Position numbers and translations under genes: made by a program. Under the pieces are notes generated by a model. That model had not been told where the DNA came from. It was given only the letters and a program-made list of their open reading frames with translations, and made no database searches. Of a DNA stretch of 64,000 nucleotides, positions 34,746-43,787 are shown piece after piece (position 1 is the stretch's first letter; every line of letters starts with the position of its first letter). The DNA is from Deltaproteobacteria bacterium. GTDB lineage: Bacteria > Bdellovibrionota_B > Oligoflexia > Oligoflexales > Bog-1112. The stretch lies in assembly GCA_947466225.1 (NCBI GenBank), contig CANIBL010000005.1, positions 2,666 through 66,665 of the forward strand, read 5' to 3'.

Positions 34746-36760
34746 GGCTTCTTCTCCAATTGGATCCCGCGTAGTTGACCCACTTCATTTCGTAGTTTGG
34801 CAGCTTGTTCAAAGTCCATGGTCAAAGCAGCACCTTGCATGAGTTTGGTTTTTTTCCGGATGAGCTTGTCCAGATCTTTCTGGGTATGAATCCCTATTTG
34901 GGCCAACTGCGCAGCATCCAGCTGTGGCGTGGAGGTTGTGTTTTCCTCTGATGCCAATCCATAGATTACTTTCAAATCCTTGGGGATGTCTTTCTGAATG
35001 GATTTAGGGGTAATTCCATGTTCTGCATTGTGCGCCAGTTGGATGTAGCGTCGACGTTCTGTTTCTTCTACAGCTTGGCGAATGCTGTTGGTAATTTCAT
35101 CCGCGTAGAGAATCACGCGAGAGTCTTTGTTTCGTGCAGCTCGGCCCACGGTTTGAATGATGGAGGTTTTAGAGCGTAAAAAGCCCTCTTTATCTGCATC
35201 CAGAATAGCTACCAAGGTAACCTCGGGGAGATCCAGTCCTTCTCGCAAGAGGTTGATGCCGATGAGCACATCAAAGGTTCCCATACGAAGTTCCCGTAAG
35301 AGTTGCGTGCGCTCTAGGGTGTCGATATCCGAATGGAGATAGCGAACCCGCAAGCCCTGCTCGCGATAGAACTCCGTGAGTTCCTCGGACATTTTCTTGG
35401 TCAAAGTGGTGAGCAATACTCGGCCGCCTGCAGCGATGGCACGCTGGCTTTCCAATAGCACATCTTGGATTTGATTGTGTGCGGGGTGGATTTCAATTTT
35501 GGGATCGATCAATCCTGTCGGGCGAATCACTTGCTCACTAAAGGATCCCTCTATCTCTTGCTCATAGGCGCCCGGCGTTGCGGAAACATGGAGCACCTGA
35601 TCCGTACGTGCCATAAATTCTTCGAAGGTTAAGGGACGGTTATCGAGTGCGGCCGGTAAGCGAAATCCGTACGCCACCAAATTTTCTTTTCTCGCGCGAT
35701 CCCCTCGGTACATACCGCGAATCTGAGGCACAGTGATATGACTCTCATCCAAAATTGTGAGAAAAGAGTCAGGAAAATAATCCAGCAAACATGCAGGTGG
35801 CTCTCCTGGCGCTTGGCCGGTGAGGTAGCGAGAGTAGTTTTCGATTCCTGGGCAGTAGCCGAGCTGTTCGAATAGCTCCAGATCTTCGAGGGTGCGTTGT
35901 TCGAGGCGAATGGCTTCCTTCTCTTTATGCAAGGCGTGTAACTCTCGTAACCGCAGGCCCAAATCATGGCGAATTTCTGTGAGGATCTCTTTTCGGTCGC
36001 TGCGTGGGGTAATGTAGTGGCTATTGGGAAAGAGGCAGACTTCGGAAATGGGCTGTACTTCTTTCCCGTCGGCTACGCATAACTTGTGCAAGCTTTCGAT
36101 TTCATCCCCAAAGAATCGCACGCGAATGCCAAATTCTTTATCATGGGCCGGCAGAATGTCGATGACATCACCACGCACGCGAAAGAATCCCCGTTCTAGG
36201 ACGCGATCATTGCGAGAATATTGGATGTCGATGAGGCGGCGTATCAGTTCTTCTCGCTCCATGGCCATGGGTGTTTTGAGAGAAAGCATCATCTTGGCGT
36301 AGGAGGTCGGAGATCCCAATCCATAGATGCAGCTTACGCTGGCTATGATGATGGTGTTGGGTTCCTCGACCAAATAGCGTGTAGATTCGTGGCGCATTTT
36401 GTCGATGTCTTCATTAATGGCGCTATCTTTGGCAATATAGGTATCGGAAGAGGGTAAATATGCTTCCGGTTGATAGTAGTCGTAATAACTCATAAAGAGG
36501 CCCACGTGGTCCTCCGGGAATAAGGATTTAAACTCGGTGTAGAGTTGTGCAGCCAGGGTTTTGTTGGGGGCAATGATCAGTGCAGGCTTTTGCATCGTAG
36601 CGATGACATGGGCCATGGTGAATGTCTTACCTGATCCAGTCACGCCGAGGAGCACATGTTGCTTTTTGCCTTGCTGGAAGGCTTCCAGAATGGAGGCGAT
36701 GGCTGTGGGTTGATCCCCTTCAGGGGTGAAGGGAGAGGTAAGTTTGAATGGTTGTTTCAT
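34742..36760 (-). CDS. uvrB: Excinuclease ABC subunit B
   Basis: GVTGSGKTFTMA (Walker A), DESH box, helicase motifs, C-terminal UVR domain (DFEQAAKLRNEV). Confidence 0.95.
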   Translation of the reverse strand: MKQPFKLTSPFTPEGDQPTAIASILEAFQQGKKQHVLLGVTGSGKTFTMAHVIATMQKPALIIAPNKTLAAQLYTEFKSLFPEDHVGLFMSYYDYYQPEAYLPSSDTYIAKDSAINEDIDKMRHESTRYLVEEPNTIIIASVSCIYGLGSPTSYAKMMLSLKTPMAMEREELIRRLIDIQYSRNDRVLERGFFRVRGDVIDILPAHDKEFGIRVRFFGDEIESLHKLCVADGKEVQPISEVCLFPNSHYITPRSDRKEILTEIRHDLGLRLRELHALHKEKEAIRLEQRTLEDLELFEQLGYCPGIENYSRYLTGQAPGEPPACLLDYFPDSFLTILDESHITVPQIRGMYRGDRARKENLVAYGFRLPAALDNRPLTFEEFMARTDQVLHVSATPGAYEQEIEGSFSEQVIRPTGLIDPKIEIHPAHNQIQDVLLESQRAIAAGGRVLLTTLTKKMSEELTEFYREQGLRVRYLHSDIDTLERTQLLRELRMGTFDVLIGINLLREGLDLPEVTLVAILDADKEGFLRSKTSIIQTVGRAARNKDSRVILYADEITNSIRQAVEETERRRYIQLAHNAEHGITPKSIQKDIPKDLKVIYGLASEENTTSTPQLDAAQLAQIGIHTQKDLDKLIRKKTKLMQGAALTMDFEQAAKLRNEVGQLRGIQLEKKP

Positions 36761-36790
36761 TTTATATTTCTCGTTTTATTTTTTTTTCAA

Positions 36791-37025
36791 GGGAACCAGC
36801 TGCGCAGTTTCCCCATACCCCTCCTTGCTGGGGACGGGAGAGAGAGGGTGATCAGAAAGATCGGATATAAGCCCAAGGCCGGCGCGATGATCGGATCCTC
36901 CCAACTCTCAAAATCGCAGGCAAAATTTCCGTCAAGGACCTACTACTCTTACTTGCGATTTGTGACCCGTCGGGGCCCACCGATCTGCTGCCCTTGGGCT
37001 TATATCCGATCTTTCTGATCACCCT
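36791..37025 (-). repeat. Twin element copy 1 (candidate structured RNA/leader, read on the minus strand toward uvrB)
   Basis: A perfect 34-bp helix (36845-36878 / 36992-37025) encloses a conserved interior with an inner AAATCGCA/TGCGATTT stem (36911-36918 / 36954-36961). The 53-nt tail (36791-36843) matches copy 2 at 52/53 positions. Confidence 0.75.
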
Positions 37026-37051
37026 CTTTTCCCTCCGAAGAGGAGAAGAAC

Positions 37052-37294
37052 ACGAGAGCTTGGGAAAAAATCCCAGATAAGACACGGGCAGCCAGACAGA
37101 AGGGGCCCAACGGGTCATAAATCGCAGCCATAGAATTGGCTGCCCATGACGTGAGTTCAATCTGCGATTTTGAGAGGTGGGAAGATTCTGTCTGAGCGCC
37201 GGCCGTGTCTCCTCATAGGATTGTTTCCCAAGCTCGCGTTTCTCTCCCGTCCCCAGCAAGGAGGGGTATGGAGAAACTGCGCAGCTGGTTCCCC
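37052..37294 (+). repeat. Twin element copy 2 (candidate structured RNA/leader, read on the plus strand toward actA)
   Basis: A helix of about 31 paired positions out of 36 (37052-37087 / 37203-37239) has a different sequence from copy 1. It has the same interior blocks, an inner stem at 37119-37127 / 37162-37170, and a tail at 37241-37294. Confidence 0.75.
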
Positions 37295-37451
37295 ATAATA
37301 AGAAGATAGCAAAAAAACCAACGCCACAGGCAACTTTACCCCAAACCACATTTTTAGATAGAGTTTCCCATTTTTCCATGTAAAATCCGAATTCTGTATC
37401 GAATGATGGGCGAAAGTGCCTCCCGGTGCACAAAGGGTTATTTCCTATCAT

Positions 37452-38096
37452 ATGCAAAAGGGTAAGCCGTTGAACAAGCAGCCACTCCTTCTTCTTTTGA
37501 TTCTGTTTTTTGCCGCAGGCTGTCAGTGTGAGAAGAAAAAAGAAGGGCTCATTCGCGGCTGGTGGATGTGGACGCCTGGTGGGCATTCAGATGATGGAAA
37601 CGACTCCAAACTGGTTTCTGGCTATCATCCCGATCAGCCCATTCCCTTTAGCCACAAATTACATGCCGGCGATCGGAAAATAGACTGTGAGTATTGCCAT
37701 AGCGCTGCGCGCCGTTCTACCGTTGCTGGGATTCCCTCCTTAAATACCTGCGTGGGATGTCACAAAATTGTGAATACTGATGCAGAGCCCATTAAAAAGC
37801 TCAACGAGCATTTCAAGAACAATGAGCCTTTCCCGTGGACCTTGGTGCACAAGTTGCCCGAGTATGTTCGCTTCTCTCATAAGGTACACGTCTTGGCCAA
37901 GGATGCACAGGGGCAATCTAGGCTGAAATGTCAGACGTGTCACGGGGACGTGGAAAAAATGACCACGGTGTCACAAGAAAAATCGCTTCTTATGGGTTGG
38001 TGTGTGGATTGTCATAGCACGATCAAAGAACCTGCCACTCCCTTTAAGAAGGCGACAACCTGGGCACCGATCACATGTAATACTTGCCACTATTAG
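37452..38096 (+). CDS. actA: Alternative Complex III subunit ActA (pentahaem cytochrome c)
   Basis: Five CxxCH sites (CEYCH, CVGCH, CQTCH, CVDCH, CNTCH). Start chosen at ATG 37452 (MQKGKPLNKQPLLLLLILFFAAGC). Confidence 0.85.
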   Translation: MQKGKPLNKQPLLLLLILFFAAGCQCEKKKEGLIRGWWMWTPGGHSDDGNDSKLVSGYHPDQPIPFSHKLHAGDRKIDCEYCHSAARRSTVAGIPSLNTCVGCHKIVNTDAEPIKKLNEHFKNNEPFPWTLVHKLPEYVRFSHKVHVLAKDAQGQSRLKCQTCHGDVEKMTTVSQEKSLLMGWCVDCHSTIKEPATPFKKATTWAPITCNTCHY

Positions 38097-38153
38097 TGTA
38101 CGTAGTAGATGGTCTTACACTTGTAACGCGAATTTTGCAGGAAAGGAGTTTAA

Positions 38154-41100
38154 GTGGGAACTCCAACCACGGACGAACTCGAGAAGCTCGAAAAACAATC
38201 CCTTGTCGAGGCGCCTCATGAAGATTTTGAGCGTCCCGCTGAGTCCTTTGTTCCGGGGCCATATTATGCTGCTGCAGAAGAAGTGCTTGCAGAGCTAGAG
38301 GAAGGCGTACCTGCCCATGTGGCAGGTGTAAAAGCTTCCAGTAAAGGCTTGGACTTCTCTGTAGATCGTCGAGATTTCATGCGTCTCTTCACTGTAGCCA
38401 CCGCAGCCACAGCTGCCGCCTGTGTGCGTCGTCCGGTGGAAAAAGCAGTGCCCTATGTGCATCAGCCTATCGATCAACTTCCTGGCGTTCCCACCTTTTA
38501 CTCCTCTACCTGCGGATCTTGTGCTGCGAGTTGCGGTATTGTGGTGAAAACCCGAGAGGGTCGCCCGATCAAACTCGAGGGCAACCCGGAGCATCCTGTG
38601 AATCAGGGTGCCTTGTGTGGATTGGGGCAAGCCCAGCTTCAAGCTTTGTATCATCCGGAGCGCCTCAAAGCGCCCATGCAGCGCCATGGTCAACGTCTGG
38701 ATCCCATCCAATGGGACGATGTGTACAATATTCTCGGAGAAGCGGTTAAGAAAACCCAGAAGATTGGGATTTTTACCGGTGGTACCACCGGCCATCGCCA
38801 TGAATTTTTCCGTGAAGCGCTCGAGCGCCTTGGCGCACCAAAGACCGCGCTGTATACTTGGGAGCCCAACTCTTTGTGGAGTTCCACTGCACGGGCTCAT
38901 GAGATCGCCTTTGGCAAAGCGGTAATTCCACGCGTGGATATAAAGCATGCGGATCTTCTCGTGGGTATCGGTAGCGATTGCCTCGAAGTGGGATTTTCAC
39001 CTGTGGCTGCCGCGAAAAGTTTGAGTGCATTTCGTGCATACTACAATGGGAAAACCGGGCGATTTGTTCAGTTTGAAACCAATCTTTCGATGACCGGCTC
39101 CAATGCAGACAAGCGTTGGGTGATTGCCCCCGGTAGTGAGATGCAAGTTGCGCTTCTTCTCGTGCGCGCTCTCTATGAAAATGCATCATCCAATAAAAGC
39201 GGCTTGGCGCGAAAAATTGCAGAGAGCTTGTTGCGAAAGCACCAAGCCGAGCTTGATCGCGCGTATGGGACTTTGAATATTCCAAAAGCCGAGTTTGAGG
39301 CTCTTGCTGCTGAAATGCTTCAAGGTGGCGCTGCGCTGTTAGTTGGTGGTTCTTCCATGTTCTCTCAAGACGCGACGAAGTTGCAACTTGTGGGGATTTT
39401 GGGGAACTTGTTGATTGGATCATACGAAAAATTTCTGTTTATCGATCGCGGTTGGATGAAGCCTCCTGTGATATCCGGCGATTTGGAACGATTCCTCGCA
39501 GATGCGCCGCAGCTCGATATCATTTTTGTTATCGACAGCGATCCGGTCTTTACCGTGCCTCCTTCTTGGGGACTTCGCGCGGCTCTGGAAAAAATTCCCA
39601 CCGTAGTATCCATTCAAGCCTTTCCTGCGGATACAGATCGTCTGGCGCATTTTGCGTTGCCAGCTCATCACGCGTTGGAGTCTTGGGGTGATGAGGAGCC
39701 GGTTGAGGGATTTTGGTCCATACGTCAGCCGGTCATTCGGCCTACCACAGATAGTCGACAAGCAGAAGATATGCTGCTGTGGATTTTGGCCACCAGCGGT
39801 AAAAATTTACCGTACGCAGATTACCATGCCTACTTATATAAAAAGTGGGAGGTCGTGCAACAGTTCACAGGCAATTTGTCTGTGGTCTACGACATGTTCT
39901 TTAAAGCGGTATTGAGACGCGGATTCATTGGCAAGCTTATGGTGCAATCCCTTTCTGCACAGCTAAAGAATTTTGCGGCTGAGTTGCAAGAACTGCGGGT
40001 AATGCCAACAGGATTACAGTTGTTATCCCCCTTGGATCATCGCTTCCATGATGGACGTGGCGCGCATTTGCCTGTGTTGCAAGAGACTGGCGATGCGGTC
40101 ACAACGGTGACGTGGGATACTTGGGCGGCAATCAATCCCAATACCATGACCAAGCTAGGACTAAAGCGCAACCAGCTCGTGGTGCTGTCGACAGCAGCCG
40201 GCAAACTTACGGTTCCCGTATATCCATTGCCTGGGTTGCACCCCGATGTCATCGTATGTCCCCGTGGAAACGGTCGCGATGATGAACGCAGTACCATCAG
40301 TTATAATGCAGGCTTAAATCCGTTGGTTCTATTTCCTAAGGCCCAGGATCCTTTAAGCAAGGAGCCTGTTACAGCTGGTGAAGCCGTACAGCTCACAGCT
40401 ACGGCGGAGTGGTTTCGATTGGCTGCCTTGCAGAAGCACCATGACATTGCCAATAGAAAAGACATTGTCAAAAAAATTGATCTGCCCTCATTGAAACATG
40501 CAAAGAAGAAAAATTTGGATCAAGTCCCCGATCTCTTTCCCAAGTTGGAGGAAAGCGAATATCGCTGGGGGATGGCCATCGATTTGGATAAGTGTACAGG
40601 TTGTGGTGCATGTGTTGCGGCTTGTTCCATCGAGAATAACGTACCCCAAGTGGGCCGTGAGCAGGTGATTCTGGGTCGGGAGATGACTTGGATTCGCATC
40701 GATCGCTATTTCTACGGGGATGTTAATTCTCCTGAGGTGAGTTTTCAGCCTGTCAATTGCCAGCATTGTAACCATGCGCCTTGTGAAGCTGTGTGTCCGG
40801 TTTTTGCCACGACCCACGATCCAGAGGGCCTCAATGCGATGACGTATAACCGATGTGTGGGGACGCGCTATTGCGCCAACGCATGTCCGTACAAGGTACG
40901 TCGGTTTAACTGGTGGACTCACAAATGGGGCGATATGGGCAAGCGTGCCCAGGATCGAAACCCTCGCGCGATGAACCCGGATGTCACGGTGCGAACCCGT
41001 GGGGTTATGGAAAAGTGCAGCTTGTGTGTGGGGCGTCTGCGAGATGCCAAGCACGTAGCCAAGGAAACCGGCCGTAAGATCCCAGATGGGGGCGTGCAGA

Positions 41101-41330
41101 CGGCATGTCAGCAAACCTGTCCATCCAATGCCATTGTCTTTGGGGATCTGCATGATACCGAGAGTCGGGTGAGCCGGGCTCGACAAGACCCGCGTGCATA
41201 CCTGATGTTGGGCGGAGATCCAGAGAATGGGCACTATGGGTTGAAAACTTTGCCAAATGTGAGCTACCTCTCAGAGGTGGTGCGCTACGGCTCTCATCAG
41301 CCAGAACATGGGCAACCTCATAACCAGTAG
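38154..41330 (+). CDS. actB: ACIII subunit ActB (molybdopterin-oxidoreductase-like + 4Fe-4S ferredoxin fusion)
   Basis: GTG start after AAAGGAG. Twin-arginine motif RRDFMRLF, N-terminal Cys cluster CGSCAASCG, C-terminal ferredoxin motifs CTGCGACVAAC, CQHCNHAPC, CVGTRYCANAC. Confidence 0.9.
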   Translation: MGTPTTDELEKLEKQSLVEAPHEDFERPAESFVPGPYYAAAEEVLAELEEGVPAHVAGVKASSKGLDFSVDRRDFMRLFTVATAATAAACVRRPVEKAVPYVHQPIDQLPGVPTFYSSTCGSCAASCGIVVKTREGRPIKLEGNPEHPVNQGALCGLGQAQLQALYHPERLKAPMQRHGQRLDPIQWDDVYNILGEAVKKTQKIGIFTGGTTGHRHEFFREALERLGAPKTALYTWEPNSLWSSTARAHEIAFGKAVIPRVDIKHADLLVGIGSDCLEVGFSPVAAAKSLSAFRAYYNGKTGRFVQFETNLSMTGSNADKRWVIAPGSEMQVALLLVRALYENASSNKSGLARKIAESLLRKHQAELDRAYGTLNIPKAEFEALAAEMLQGGAALLVGGSSMFSQDATKLQLVGILGNLLIGSYEKFLFIDRGWMKPPVISGDLERFLADAPQLDIIFVIDSDPVFTVPPSWGLRAALEKIPTVVSIQAFPADTDRLAHFALPAHHALESWGDEEPVEGFWSIRQPVIRPTTDSRQAEDMLLWILATSGKNLPYADYHAYLYKKWEVVQQFTGNLSVVYDMFFKAVLRRGFIGKLMVQSLSAQLKNFAAELQELRVMPTGLQLLSPLDHRFHDGRGAHLPVLQETGDAVTTVTWDTWAAINPNTMTKLGLKRNQLVVLSTAAGKLTVPVYPLPGLHPDVIVCPRGNGRDDERSTISYNAGLNPLVLFPKAQDPLSKEPVTAGEAVQLTATAEWFRLAALQKHHDIANRKDIVKKIDLPSLKHAKKKNLDQVPDLFPKLEESEYRWGMAIDLDKCTGCGACVAACSIENNVPQVGREQVILGREMTWIRIDRYFYGDVNSPEVSFQPVNCQHCNHAPCEAVCPVFATTHDPEGLNAMTYNRCVGTRYCANACPYKVRRFNWWTHKWGDMGKRAQDRNPRAMNPDVTVRTRGVMEKCSLCVGRLRDAKHVAKETGRKIPDGGVQTACQQTCPSNAIVFGDLHDTESRVSRARQDPRAYLMLGGDPENGHYGLKTLPNVSYLSEVVRYGSHQPEHGQPHNQ

Positions 41331-41339
41331 AGTGATTTC

Positions 41340-42683
41340 ATGAGCGATCTTGTAGCGTGGGACAAAACGATTTCGGATGTGAATGAAGGCATTCTTGTGG
41401 GGTTGAAGAAACCTCACCCGGCTTTTTATGTCGCTCTTTCGATCTCTATCGTATGTATGCTCCTGGGAGCTGTGTGTTGGGGGATCCTGATTACCTATGG
41501 TATGGGGATGGCCGGATTGAACAACCCGGTGTATTGGGGGGTTCTCATCACGGACTTCGTGTTCTGGGTGGGGATTGGCCATGCTGGGACATTGATTTCA
41601 GCTATTCTTTTCCTATTTCGGGCTAAGTGGCGCAACAGCATCAATCGATCTGCGGAAGCCATGACCGTATTTGCCGTGATCACAGCGGGGCTCTTTCCCT
41701 TAATTCACGTGGGTCGTGTATGGGTTGCCGCGTACTGGATGCTACCCTTGCCCAACACCCATAACATTTGGGTGAACTTTCGCTCTCCGTTGATGTGGGA
41801 CGTATTTGCGATTTCTACCTATCTGACAGTATCGCTACTATTTTGGTACATGGGCTTGGTGCCGGATTTAGCCTCTATGCGGGATCGGGTGAAGGGGTTC
41901 AAACGCATCGTCTTCAACTTTATGTCCTTTGGATGGACAGGGTCTCTTCGACAGTGGCATCACTACGAAACCGGATATGGGTTTCTTGCGGCGCTTGCGA
42001 CACCTTTAGTATTGTCCGTTCACTCTATTGTGTCTTGGGACTTTGCTATGTCCATGCAACCCGGCTGGCATACTACGATTTTCCCTCCGTACTTTGTCGC
42101 CGGTGCCATTCTCTCCGGATGTGCCATGGTGTATTCCCTGGTGTTGCCCTTGCGTTGGATGTTTCATCTAGAAGGGTTTATTCGCAAGGAGCATCTTGAG
42201 GCATTGATTAAGCTCACGTTGCTTACCTCTACGATCGTTGCCTATGCATACGGTGTGGAATTTTTTGTCGCTTGGTATTCTGGTAATGAATATGAGTGGG
42301 CTATTTTCCAAAAACGAGCTGCAGGTCCCTATGCTTTCTACTTCTGGGTGATGGTGGCGTGTAACTGTGTATTTCCTCTTCTCTTTTGGTCTAGAAGGCT
42401 GCGCACCAATCCAACGGTATGTTTCATCGTATGCTTGCTTGTAAACGTAGGGATGTGGTTTGAACGCTACAACATTATTATCTCCAGTTTGGTAGAGGAT
42501 TTCTTGCCTTCGGCCTGGGGGCATTACGAGCCCACATGGATCGAGATGGGGATTACCTTGGGTAGCTTTGGGTGGTTTTTCACCTGGCTCTTGATTTTCT
42601 GTCGTTTCTTCCCATTGGTCTCCATGTCGGAGTTAAAACTGATTATGCCGAAGCCATTGCGTAGAAAAGCGGGGGGGCACTAG
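41340..42683 (+). CDS. actC: ACIII subunit ActC (NrfD/PsrC-like quinol-interacting membrane subunit)
   Basis: About 10 TM segments, NrfD-like, and in the position expected within the act operon. Confidence 0.85.
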   Translation: MSDLVAWDKTISDVNEGILVGLKKPHPAFYVALSISIVCMLLGAVCWGILITYGMGMAGLNNPVYWGVLITDFVFWVGIGHAGTLISAILFLFRAKWRNSINRSAEAMTVFAVITAGLFPLIHVGRVWVAAYWMLPLPNTHNIWVNFRSPLMWDVFAISTYLTVSLLFWYMGLVPDLASMRDRVKGFKRIVFNFMSFGWTGSLRQWHHYETGYGFLAALATPLVLSVHSIVSWDFAMSMQPGWHTTIFPPYFVAGAILSGCAMVYSLVLPLRWMFHLEGFIRKEHLEALIKLTLLTSTIVAYAYGVEFFVAWYSGNEYEWAIFQKRAAGPYAFYFWVMVACNCVFPLLFWSRRLRTNPTVCFIVCLLVNVGMWFERYNIIISSLVEDFLPSAWGHYEPTWIEMGITLGSFGWFFTWLLIFCRFFPLVSMSELKLIMPKPLRRKAGGH

Positions 42684-42684
42684 G

Positions 42685-43203
42685 ATGAGTCAGCACAAAA
42701 AAGGCCTGGTTGCCAGTTTTCAGTACCTCGATGACTTTTGCGATGCCATCAAGTCGATTAAAGGTAAGCCTGAATTTCGGGGACATGAAATTTATAGTCC
42801 AACTTCGTACCATGAGCTGATGGAGCATGCGGAAGACACCATGGGTCCCAGTCAGGTGCGCTGGTTTACCCTTGTGGGGGCCCTGACCGGTGTGACGGCA
42901 GGTTTTGGGATGTGTTTACTCTTGGACTATGACTGGCCCATCGTGGTGGGGGGGAAGACTGCAGGGATTTATTCGTTGCCTGCGTACTTCATCTTTGGCT
43001 TTGAGGTCATGGTGCTCTTAGGTGCGATTGCTACGATCACGGGCATGTTGTTTATGGGCCGGTTGCCCAACCCTCGCTCCTGGGTGTTGCATCCACGCAT
43101 TACCGATGATCGGTTTGTGATTTTTGTGCCGGATGTTATGGCAGACGGAGATGAGGCGCAGTTGCTGAGAGAGTTTGGTGCAGAAGAAGTGTACGGGGTT
43201 TGA
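42685..43203 (+). CDS. actD: ACIII subunit ActD
   Basis: Small protein with central TM segments immediately after ActC, as in known act operons. Confidence 0.75.
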   Translation: MSQHKKGLVASFQYLDDFCDAIKSIKGKPEFRGHEIYSPTSYHELMEHAEDTMGPSQVRWFTLVGALTGVTAGFGMCLLLDYDWPIVVGGKTAGIYSLPAYFIFGFEVMVLLGAIATITGMLFMGRLPNPRSWVLHPRITDDRFVIFVPDVMADGDEAQLLREFGAEEVYGV

Positions 43204-43223
43204 TTTTGGCGAGGAACTTTTTC

Positions 43224-43787
43224 ATGATCACAAACAGGTCGATAGCGTGGCAAGCCAGCATGAGATGGTTCTCTCTCGGCCTTCTCTTTTTCTGGCTGAC
43301 CTCTTGCAAGTGTGAGTTTGACCGCAATAAGACCAAACTCCAGTACATGCCAGATATGGTGACCGCACCGGTGGCCCGTGCGCAACGAGAGTATCTCGAT
43401 CCTCCGGTGGGCAGTGTATCTAATGACGCCATTTTGTATCCCAAGACCCCGGAAGAGGCAGAAACGTTGCTGATCAATCCGTTTACAGGGCGATGGGACG
43501 AAGATACACAGATGGCAAGTGGGAAGCGGTTGTTCGGTATCTATTGTTCGGTATGTCACGGGATGGATGCGAGAGGGCACGGTAATATTCAGGATAAATA
43601 TCCGCCACCGCCTGATTTGACTTTGGATTTATACAAGAATCGCAAGGATGGATTCTTCTTCCATCGCATTACCTTTGGATCGGCAATCATGCCTAGCTAT
43701 GGGCATGCTACCTCTCCCCACGAGCGTTGGCAGATCATTCTGCACCTACGTGATTTACAGAAGGCGTCCGCAAATGGATCGAAATGA
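43224..43787 (+). CDS. actE: ACIII subunit ActE (monohaem cytochrome c lipoprotein)
   Basis: Single CSVCHG haem site and lipobox LTSC. Start chosen at ATG 43224 (GAGGAA 7 nt upstream); TTG 43200 is also possible. Confidence 0.8.
   Translation: MITNRSIAWQASMRWFSLGLLFFWLTSCKCEFDRNKTKLQYMPDMVTAPVARAQREYLDPPVGSVSNDAILYPKTPEEAETLLINPFTGRWDEDTQMASGKRLFGIYCSVCHGMDARGHGNIQDKYPPPPDLTLDLYKNRKDGFFFHRITFGSAIMPSYGHATSPHERWQIILHLRDLQKASANGSK

Noticed and set aside
36656-37586. ORFs 36656-37018 (+, 120 aa) and 36852-37586 (-, 244 aa) spanning the uvrB-actA intergenic region
   Set aside because: Both run through the inverted-repeat elements and end in the same mirror-image peptide (..PWAYIRSF), an artefact of the palindromic DNA. 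They have no RBS and a low-complexity, R/P-rich composition.
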